64,000 nucleotides of DNA from Rhynchobatus australiae (taxonomy: Eukaryota): assembly GCA_034780895.1 (NCBI GenBank), contig JAUZTB010000027.1:20353848-20417847 (forward strand). The letters run 5' to 3'. Within the stretch, counting starts at the first letter, position 1, and every line of letters begins with the position of its first letter. A program made the position numbers and the translations under genes. Below are positions 54,162 to 64,000 of this stretch, one piece after another. The notes below the pieces were generated by a model, which made no database searches, was not told the origin of the DNA, and saw only the letters and a list, made by a program, of their open reading frames with translations.

Positions 54162-54351
54162 CACAAGAGCTGGCACACCAGGAGGAGAAACTTTTATTGA
54201 TGGGGAACAGCCTGCAAACCACACAGGATCAAGTCCGTGATCGTATTGCAGAAGTAGTACGACATGAACAAGCAAATCGGAAACTACAGTCGGAACTCAA
54301 AGCACTGAAAGAACAGACAATTAACAACCAAAAAGAGAAGGAAGATTACAG
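54162..54351 (+). CDS. PMFBP1: Internal exon H (AQELAHQEEKLLLMGNSLQTTQDQVRDRIAEVVRHEQANRKLQSELKALKEQTINNQKEKEDYR)
   Basis: Acceptor tgtttttcttcacag, donor gtaaaa at 54352; 190 nt, phase 1-2; split codon G+CA=Ala. Not in the ORF track. Confidence 0.87.
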
Positions 54352-55159
54352 GTAAAATAGCTATTGCATTGTTTGCTACTGTGTCCTATTAATCATAATT
54401 TAATGTACTGAAGTTTTCAGTTAAAGAGCAAATGGATTCATGGTCTAATCAACACAGGTGCAGCAAAGGACAAAATATTACAAGACTTTGAGTTGTATAT
54501 ATTTTGTGTCAGCTTTTGCTGGTATAAATTTCAGTGCCTATGTTTATAATGGAAATTGTCTATTAACTTGAGAAGTTGTAATTATACTCTCCCACATGTG
54601 GTGGTGCTGTATCACTTCAGCTTTGCATCTGAGCCTTTCTATAGCAAAGCAGCTCTGCTCCAGGCATCTCTACTTTCCTGCTCCCAAAGTTGCTGTGCAT
54701 TTTGCTATTTAACTATATTGACATGAAGACACATTATATAATACAAATATGACAATGTATTTGAATTTAAAATGAGGGCTGAATTGTGTATTTGGATCTT
54801 TTTGTGATTATCCTACAGTAACAAAGTTTTCTATAACAAATTTGGGACAAAGATTGTGGAAGCACAACAATTTCTCCTCATTATTGTAGTGAAACGATTT
54901 GCTTTTTAAGATCAGTTATGCATTATTTTATCCTCTTCTATTCGATCTCTTACCCTCTGTCCTCTTCTTCTGTTCAATATCTTTCCCCATCCCACTCCTG
55001 ATCTGCTTTTCTCCAAGCTCCTTCATGTTTTCTGACAACCTAGTAAAGAAAACAGTGTTCCAGGCCACAGGTGTGGAGGACAACTATAGTACTTGCATGT
55101 ATAACCATAACATCAGGTCAGCTGGCATGGCTCCGTTTGGTGCTAGGGCTGATTTTCCA

Positions 55160-55675
55160 GAAACGTGCATGATCGCCTCATTATAGGAAGGAGGTGGAAG
55201 CGTTGGAAAGGACGCAGAGGAGATCTACCAGGATGCTGCCTGGTTTAGAGAGTATGCATTATGAGGAGAGACTAAGAGAGCTAGGGCTTTACTCTTTGGA
55301 GAGAAGGAGGATGAGAGGAGNNNNNNNNNNNNNNNNNNNNNNNNNNNNNNNNNNNNNNNNNNNNNNNNNNNNNNNNNNNNNNNNNNNNNNNNNNNNNNNN
55401 NNNNNNNNNNNNNNNNNNNNNNNNNNNNNNNNNNNNNNNNNNNNNNNNNNNNNNNNNNNNNNNNNNNNNNNNNNNNNNNNNNNNNNNNNNNNNNNNNNNN
55501 NNNNNNNNNNNNNNNNNNNNNNNNNNNNNNNNNNNNNNNNNNNNCATATGGAGGAATTTAAAATAGAGGGATATGTGGGAGGAAGGGGTTAGATAGTCTT
55601 TGGCGAGGTTTAAAGGTTGGCTCAACATTGTGGGCCATAGGGCCTGTATTGTGCTGTACTGTTCTATGGTTCTAT
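55160..55675 (+). mobile_element. CR1/HER1 3' fragment, relatively young, gap inside
   Basis: EALERTQRRSTRMLPGLESMHYEERLRELGLYSLERRRMRG; tail gggcctgtattgtgctgtactgttctatggttctatg. Confidence 0.9.
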
Positions 55676-55779
55676 GAGCAGGGGCACATTTGCACTCATG
55701 CTATTAGTCACTCCTGACAGCTATTGCTCCCAAATGGTTCTATTTCATTGCTTTTCCATCAGCATCTCCTTGTACCTCT

Positions 55780-56410
55780 TCAGTAGGAGCAGGAATAGGC
55801 CATTGAGCCCCTTCAACCTGCTCAATAAGATTGTGGCCAATCTGAGTATAACATCATATCTGGATTCCTGCCTATCCTCGATAACTTTTCACTCTTTTGC
55901 TTATCAAGCATCTTTCTACTTCTACCTTAGAAATAATCAAAGAAAATAGGGATATCTGATCATTCTAAACTGATAATGTAGGAATATAGAAAATGCAAGT
56001 AGGAATAAGCCATTTAGCCCTTCAAGCCTGCTTCACAATTCAATATGATCATAGCCGATCATCCAAATTCAGTATCCTATTCATATTTTTACCCCAAATC
56101 CCGTAAGCTCTTTAGTTACTACCACTATGCCAAACTCCTTCTCGAACAGATTTTATGATTTGGCATCAACTGTCTTTCAGGAGTAGAGAATTCTACAGAA
56201 TCATCACTTTTTAGGAGAAGAAATTTCTCCTCATCTCAGTTCAAAATGGCTTATCCTGTATCCTCAAGCCCCTAGTTCTAGACTGCCCCACCATCTGGAA
56301 CATCCTGTTAGATTTTAATAAATTTCAGTGAGGTTCTCTCTCATTCAACTAAGATCAAGCAAACATAAGCCCAGTTGTTCTCATCTCCCTTCATATGTCA
56401 AGCTTATCGT
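55780..56410 (-). mobile_element. Two decayed CR1-type 3' ends
   Basis: Repeated ggaataggccatt..gccccttcaa.cctgc tail and gaagaaatttctcctcatctc motif. Confidence 0.7.
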
Positions 56411-56439
56411 TCCAGGTATTCAAAAAAAACCTACAAATC

Positions 56440-57420
56440 CAGGAAATCTTTTAAAAAAAGAGTTGGAAACACTTAATAGGTCAGTCAGCATCTATGGAAA
56501 GATAAACAGTTAGCGTTTCAGGTCTAAAATCCTTAGAACTGGAAAAGAGAGAAAACAAGTCAGTTTTCAGTAGCAGAGAAGCAAGGCTAAAACAAAGGGA
56601 ATGTCTCTGATAAGGTGGGACTGAATGAGTTAATATGGCAGTTAGAAGCACATTATGCTTCATTGTCTATGTTGTGTGTTACCAATAGCAAGGCTGTGGG
56701 ACATGCCCAGCAAGCCAGACTATTCAAATGGAAAAGCAAAACTGAGCCAAAATGATGATAGGCAGAAATAGCCAGGTCTGATACAGACAGAAGGAAAGAA
56801 TATGCTACCTAAAGTTGGTGAATTTGAAATTGAATCCAGCAGGCTGCCAGATGCCCAGGCAGGAAATGAAGTGTTAAAACCAAACTGCCACAGGAACTGA
56901 GTGGCTTGGGCAGCATTGGCAGAGGGAAGTGGATAGTTGACATTTCGGGTCAAGACCCTTCATCTGGACTTCTCTTGAAAATGAGGTGTTATTCGTCAAG
57001 CTTGTGTTGCAATTTGTTGGAGCATTATTGGGGTCCACAGACAGTTAGGTCAGAGTGGGAGTTTGATAGAAATTATAGTAGCATGCAACCAGAAGCTTAC
57101 AGCCATTCCTGTAGACTGAATGCAGGTGCTCTGCAAAGTGATCATCAATCTGCATTTGGTTTCTCCAATGCAGTACACTAGGTTGGAAGGAACACAAGTA
57201 AATCACTGCTTCACCTGGAAGGGCTATTTTGGTCTCTGAATGGTAGGAAAGCAAGAAGTGGTTGCATTTCCTATGGTCACAGAAGAAAACACCATAAGAC
57301 GGGGAGAGTTTGGTGGGACAGAAGAGCGAACTAGGGGGTTGCAAAGGAATCAATGTCTTTGAAATGCCGAGAGGGAACTATGTGTCTGGTGGGAATCTTT
57401 TTTGAGCTGGTGGAAGTTTT
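56440..57420 (-). mobile_element. Decayed, nested Penelope-like fragments; hammerhead-like motif at 56938-56966
   Basis: GIY-YIG remnant (YIGETKCRL..DHFAEHLHSV); minus strand CAGATGA a GGGTC tt GACCC GAAA TGTC. Confidence 0.75.
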
Positions 57421-57839
57421 TAAGGAATACTACCATCCAAGGAATCAATCTGGTGAAGCTTCACACATTACACAAGATGTGGTCTCACTGAGACCTTGTA
57501 CAAGTGCAGTGAGACATCCCTGTTCCTATACACAATTCCTCTTGCTATGAAGGCTGACATATCATTTGGTTTCTTAATCGCCTGCTATTCTTGCATGCTT
57601 ACTTTCATCAACTGGTGTAAAAGGACACGTATGTCTAATCATTCCTCCCCACTTTCCTATATCACCCTTTGGATAATAATCCGCCTTCCTGTTTTTGCCA
57701 TCAGGATTTTCCCACCTCACTCTAATCCACATAATACTGCAGTTCCCACCTGCTCAACCTGTCCAAATCACATGGGAACCTCTCTGCATCTTCCTCACAG
57801 CTCAAACTCTCACCTAGCTTTGTGGTATTACATGTACAT

Positions 57840-59135
57840 TAAGATGCTGGAGGAACTCAGAAGGCCAGGCAGCATCCGTGGAGAAAAGCAGGCAGTCAAC
57901 GTTTCGGGTCAGGACCCTTNNNNNNNNNNNNNNNNNNNNNNNNNNNNNNNNNNNNNNNNNNNNNNNNNNNNNNNNNNNNNNNNNNNNNNNNNNNNNNNNN
58001 NNNNNNNNNNNNNNNNNNNNNNNNNNNNNNNNAGGTAGATGCAGGTAAGAGATAGTGATAGGCAGGTGTGGGGGAGGAGGGGAGAGCAGATCCACTGGGG
58101 GATGGGTCAGGGTAAGGAGAGAAAGGGAAAAAAAGTAGAAAAAAAGAGGCAAGGAAAGGGAAGAAGAAGCATGGTGGGGGGGAATTACTTAAAGTGGGAG
58201 AATTCAATGTTCTTGCCGTTAGGCTGCGAGGTTCCAAGATGGAAAATCAGGTGCTGTCCCTCCAGTTTGCGCTTGGAATTTTCCTGGCAGTGGAGGAGGC
58301 CGAGGACTGACATATCAGTGATAGTGTGGGAGGGGAGCTGAAGTGACTGGCAATGGGGAGATGTAGATCACGGTTACAGACAGAGCGCAGGTGTACTGCA
58401 AAATGGTCACCTAGTCTGTGTTTGGTCTCACCAATGTACATCAGGCCATGCTTGGAGCACCAGATGCAGTAAATGAAAGGACTGTTTGGATCCCTGGATG
58501 GAGGTGGTGTAGGGGTAGGTGTTGCACCTATGGCAGGGGCAGTGGAATGTCCCCGGGGTGGGAGCGGGATGAGGGCGGAGGGGAGGAGTGAACTAGGGAG
58601 TCGTAGAGAGAGCAATCCTTGTGAAAGGCAGAAAGGGATGGGGATGGGAAGATATGCTTTGTGGTGGGGACCCGTTGGAGATGGCAGAGAATGAAGTGTT
58701 GGATACATAGGCTGGTGGGATGAAATGTGAGGACAAGGGGGGCCTTATCGCTTGTTGGGTCTGGGTAAGGTGGGGGAGAGAGCTGAGATGCGGGAAATGG
58801 CAGAGATACAGGTGCAAGCTCTCTCAATCACAGTCGGGGGGAAGCCCCAGTTCGAAGTTGGACATCTTGGATGTCCTGGAATGGAAAGCCTCATCATGGG
58901 AGCAGATATGGTGGAGGCCAAGAAATTGAGAAAAAGAGATAGCATCCTTGCAAGAGACAGGATGGGAGGAGCTGTAATCGAGGTAGCTGTGGGCATCAGT
59001 GGGTTTGTAGAAGATGTCAGTGTGATGTGGAAGAGTCACAGATGCTCCATGGATGCTGCCTGGCCTGCTGAGTTCCTCCAGCATCATGGTGTATTTCATC
59101 TAGATTCCAGCATCTGCAGTCCTTTGTTTCTCTGG
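57840..59135 (-). mobile_element. Penelope-like element: RT C-terminus plus GIY-YIG endonuclease, flanked by inverted terminal repeats
   Basis: TDIFYKPTDAHSYLDYSSSHP.SCKDAI.FSQF, IYCIWCSKHGLMYIGETKHRLGDHFAVHLRSV; gatgctggaggaactcag at 57843 is mirrored by ctgagttcctccagcatc at 59068. Confidence 0.92.
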
Positions 59136-59924
59136 TAATATATTTAATTCCCTCATTTAAATCGTTCCTGAACCATGCATTACCCCGATATTCACTGCCT
59201 TCCGCTAGAAAACGGATTGTTTATTCCCACTCTGTTTCCGCTCTGGTTCTGCCATCTGGTTCTCTGTCCATGTCAGTACATTACCCTCAATTGCACATGC
59301 ATTAGTTTTGTGCACTAATCTCTTCTGTGGGACCTAATTGAAAGACTCCTTACCTTTATTTCATTTAATGACTGCATTTATTCTTCACATTTTGTGTGCA
59401 ACACACGAAGAATCACCAGGCACAAAATAAAACCTGATATAGGTCATTCTTCACATGGTCCTGGTTTATTTTTGACTTATGCACTGCGTAGATCCAAGTG
59501 TGGCTATGAAATTCTCCTGGTCCCCCATCACAATCTTGAAAGAAGAGATCTAAATTGGCTATTTGATTATAAGATAAGACATCATATGTGCACTGTAAAT
59601 ACACATCTCAAACCTGTGTCAGTCAGTGGACATCCTTGTTTGCTGAGGTTAACACACACATTGCTGACAGTCTGGTGGTGGAATGCATCTTCTTTATTGA
59701 CAGAATTTGTATCACATGGCAAGCTAATATAGTTTGCATTCAAGTATTCAGAGTATATTTCAGAGTCTCTTTTGTGTAATATGCCATATGATTTCAACTT
59801 GACTTTTAATTCTGTGCTTCATTTTCACCAAATTTTACTCATTGATCTAACATAACAAAAATTTCAAATGTATTTAACTTTATTGTTTATGAATTGTAAT
59901 GACATCATTTTTGTCCAAGTAGTT

Positions 59925-60335
59925 AGTTAGTTACCACCAGGGTGCAGTGAAATTCCTTGTCTGCATGACGCTCATAGAGTAAACATTGTACGTAAAGATT
60001 ACAATAACTACAGCGACGAGCACAAAAAGAACAGAATGGTGCAAAGTATAGCAGTGCAAACTGAGGTAGTGCGAAAAGAAACACTGGTGACAATAACGAA
60101 AGAGGTAGAATTAAGGATTCCAGATGTGGCAGCGCCATCAGGAAGGGAATCTGAAAGAGCTGATTGGTTCCGAATTCTGATAGCAGTGGGTAACGAGCTG
60201 TCCTTTTGGGTCTGGTTGTCTAGGCTTTCAGGTTCCTGTATCCTCCCCTAGAAGGTATATGAAAGAAAAGGGAATGGCCAGGGTGGCAGGCATCCTTGAC
60301 GATACAATTAGCCTTCCTGATGCAATGCTCCGTAA
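59925..60335 (-). mobile_element. Rex1/Babar-type LINE 3' end
   Basis: Minus strand IVKDACHPGHSLF motif and tail gaatttcactgcaccctgg..actaactaact. Confidence 0.7.
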
Positions 60336-62084
60336 AGCATCTGTGAGTATTAAGGATCTCTTTTTAGCAATTATACAAGAGCAGGTTGTTCGCAGAGCAG
60401 GAAGTGAGTAAGTGGTAGGTGAAATGTGTTGGCTGGTCATTTGATAGACCTACTGAGAGGCCCAGTCCATTCAAGGACCATGCTTGCTTTGCTGTCAAGG
60501 GCTTATACACATCTTATTGGCACTACCAAAGGCACTATGTAGCTACTATGCTCAATACATCGATCTGCCAACTTCCCTGTGCCAACAGTGTGGGCACCTC
60601 TGGGGGAAAAAAAATAGTACAGTACTTGAGTAGACAAGTTATTACACAGTGATTTATGTGAACTTTCACATGAATATTTTTATATGAATATTATTCAGGA
60701 CAAGCCATTTATTCTACCCATGGTTTTAAATAGTTTCTTTGTCTTTTATTTAAGTCTTCCCTTTGATTAAGAGTGAATACATATGCCTTGAACCCCTTTA
60801 GTTAAAGCATTTTAATAATTTGGAATATTTGAACCATAAAATTAATAGTATTCACTTTAGTGGATTATCATTAAAGCAAGCTGACATCCTTGCTGGAATG
60901 CTTTCCTATCATCACTTAAGGAAAAGGATGTCTGCACTGTCAGTGAACAGAGGTGTTAACTACATGAAATGCCAATAGGCATTAAGTAGGATTAGTAATT
61001 AAGTGATGGAAAGAAGAATAAACTGGGTATTTGTCAAACATGAAATAATTCCTTAAGTATCTTCTGCCACAAGCCTGGGAAATGTAATTGCTNNNNNNAT
61101 TGATTAGGTTTTATATTGGCCTGGTAGCATGGATGGAGGAGAAAGTGACTGGAAGTCAGCAGTATTGATTATCCATTGTAGGAGTTAGTGGTTTGTGATG
61201 TCTGTTTGTTATTGGGACTTTTCTCAGTGAGAAATATTTCCTCTGACAGAATGAATGAGTAAAAATAGTATGGTATGAAAAATGGCTCTGGTGATTTCAT
61301 TTAATATTATAGATAGGCCATTTTATCCATGATATTGAACACCACTGGGAATACACTTGTAACACTATATTACAACAGAATTATCCAATAGATTTTCAAA
61401 TCAATGGTTTTCATTATGATGGACAGTAAGGCTGAAATATATTTGTAATTTGTTAGGACAGACTGTCTTGAGGAAGCATGACACTGAGGGAACAAAACAG
61501 TTACATACTCCGTTCCAAAATAGTGGAAGTGCCACTCAGCAACATTGTCCTTTTATTTTAGAGCAGCTTGTGGAGAGAACTGGTAGATGCCCAATAACAG
61601 AAAAGCATTTCAAGGACTATGCTTTAATGTTATTGAATGGTCAGGATGGCTGCTATTGAAAAACAAGTGCACCAGGGCAACCTGTTGACTTCAGGTTGCT
61701 GCTATATAAGGTGACCCTGCCTTCTTATTCAGGAAACGGGTACCTTGACTTGGAATTAATATGCTGTGCTGTTTAAAGATGGGTTGGAGTGATGTGTGGG
61801 GTAGCGATGATGTGACTTCCAACAGGAGCATGTAGAAGCTTAGAGGAGTACCCATGCTAACTGTAGACCAGTAAAATTGTAATTCAAAGGAGGAAAGAAA
61901 AGCAAAAGTTTTGGCAATTATTCGAAGGCAAAATATTTCATTTTTCATATCACCTGAATGTTTTCTCCAAATTCCTTTAACCTCACAGAGCAACTTTAGT
62001 TTGTCAAACTTGTAAATTGGTGAGCCTCAGATACCAACAAGAAATTAGATCACTGAAAATGCATCATATTGTATATTTTCAATA

Positions 62085-62340
62085 TGAACATAAGAAATAG
62101 CTGGAGAAGAACATTCAGCCCATCGTGCCTGGTCAATAAGAAAATGCCCCTTTGCTTCAGTGACCTTTCCTACACTAATCCCGTATTTAGTGATTACCTT
62201 AATATCTAAAACTCTATCTCTGTCTTGAATATACTCAGTGACTGAGCTGCCACAACTGTCTTAGATTGAAAATTCCAAAAATTCCCTACCCACTGGGTGA
62301 AGAAATTTCTTCTCATTTTAATCCTAAATGGGTGATCTCC
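62085..62340 (-). mobile_element. CR1-type 3' tail fragment
   Basis: gaacataagaaatag..cattcagcccatcg..ctgggtgaagaaatttct. Confidence 0.7.
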
Positions 62341-63499
62341 TATGTTGTATGTGCTTTCAGCCATTTATCTCAAATCCTGTGATAATGTTACTAAGGATTG
62401 AAATTTGGTAGATCCACACTGATGTGTATTCCTCTTCCAGCCTTCCCCAATCAACATGAATACAAGGAGAGATAACTGGAGGAATATCTGGGTTGAGGTC
62501 TCAAAGACCACTTAACCCTTTAGAAAACAGATGGTNNNNNNNNNNAGTCACTTGCTGTTTGTGAGATTTTTGTTTTGCTCCAGTATCTAATAAAATTACT
62601 CCCTGAGAAATTTTAGGTTTACATTCTCCAGGTTACTTTTGCTCCAAGATTTGAAATTGGTACGTGGTTATACCGCTTTAACAGCTAAAGAGCCTGAATT
62701 ATGACACATTTGCCCTAAACATCTTCTATCTCATCCTCCAATAAACTTTCACTAATCTCTCTAGGTAAGCAGGCAAATGCTTATGTGACATGTCTTAATG
62801 TCCCATCCAGCATTATTTAAATTTAGGGCAGGGTCGGACCATTTGTCTGCATACATATTCCTTGCAAGAGATCNNNNNNNNNNNNNNNNNNNNNNNNNNN
62901 NNNNNTTGGTCCCGGCCCCCCCCCCCCCCACTAGAAAGAATATTTCTTTCCTCTTCCCACATATAGCAACGTCTCTGGTCTGTGCCCTTCCGTAATAAAA
63001 TTAATTGCCCTCAGGAACATTTCCACTCATTCCATGTATAGGATTGCTGGCTAACTGCACCCTTATTTCTCTAGCTCTCCAACTTAACTTCCATATCAAT
63101 TCCATTATTAATGCTATCTATCTTCTTGTTCTATATTACTGTCCTGCTTCTCCTTCAAGCAGCTGCATCTCAAATTTGATGCTGGTGTAGTTTTCTGGAC
63201 TCTTTAGTGTTGCTGCTTACAAAGGAAAATAACTGTGTTAGAGCTATCAATAGAACATTCTTTATTGAAGGCAATAAACTCTCAAATAATAGCATTATTT
63301 GTACTGCAGTGTATCAAAAACCATTCCACATAGTATACTCAGTTCCTAAAAATCACACCAATATTTATAAGCACTAAAACCTGTTCCTCAGTCTGGATGT
63401 GCAGCCAGAACAATGAACAGTGAAGTCTGTTCCTGGATTGGAGAGGGGTTGGTAGGCTCAATGTAATTGTGTTTACTTATTCATTCCCTTATTGTTCTT

Positions 63500-63995
63500 G
63501 CGAACAACTTGGTGAGCAACCTTCTTGATCTGCTATAGTCCTTCTTGTGAAGACACTTCCACAATATGTTGACAGCAAGTTCCAGGATTTAGATCTAATA
63601 ATAATGAAAGAACATATTTATATTTCCAAGTCAAGAAGGACAGTGACTCAATGAGAAATATACAGATTGTGGTGTTCCCATGTGCCTGAAATTCTTGTAT
63701 TTCTTGGTGGTAGAAGTCAGGGTTTGAGAAGTGCTGCTGAGGTATCCTGGGTAAGTAGTGCATTTTGTAAATGGTACATACTGTTGCCTCTATGCATCAG
63801 TGGTAGAGGGAATAAATGTTTCAGGTGGTTGGTTGGTTAGCAGTCAACCAAGATTCTTTGTCCTGCATGGTATCAAGCACCTTGAGTGTTGTAGGAGTTA
63901 CATTCATCCAAGCAAGTGGAGAGTATTCCATTGTGCTTCTGACTTGTGCCTTATGGATAGTGGAGTCACTCACTTCAGGATATCCAACCTCTTAC
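63500..63995 (-). mobile_element. Old LINE 3' region (family of 36765-39350)
   Basis: Colinear with 1150-1840. Confidence 0.7.
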
Positions 63996-64000
63996 CTACT

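Noticed and set aside
54352-64000. Search for the next phase-2 exon
   Set aside because: No convincing acceptor, coiled-coil frame and donor combination found; it probably lies beyond the window or in a gap.
1-64000. CRISPR arrays, operons or other prokaryotic systems
   Set aside because: The sequence is vertebrate intronic DNA; no regularly spaced repeat-spacer structure was seen.

Overview
Eukaryotic, AT-rich, CpG-depleted draft assembly with many N gaps. The repeat content (CR1/HER1-type LINEs, HE1-type V-SINEs, a Deu-domain SINE, Penelope-like elements) points to a cartilaginous fish. The window lies inside one large + strand gene: eight internal GT-AG exons (9988-54351) splice into one phase-consistent, stop-free coiled-coil reading frame that resembles PMFBP1 (identification from recalled motifs, no search run). 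Start and stop codons were not found in the window. The introns contain decayed CR1, RTE, Rex1/Babar and Penelope-like retroelements, Gypsy LTRs, SINEs and a Tigger-like DNA transposon. Most notable: several minimal hammerhead-ribozyme motifs in Penelope-derived repeats, a rearranged Gypsy element with two identical outer LTR ends, a stop-containing decoy copy of an exon, and further local duplications of splice-adjacent sequence. Repeat boundaries are approximate unless a TSD or TIR is given.
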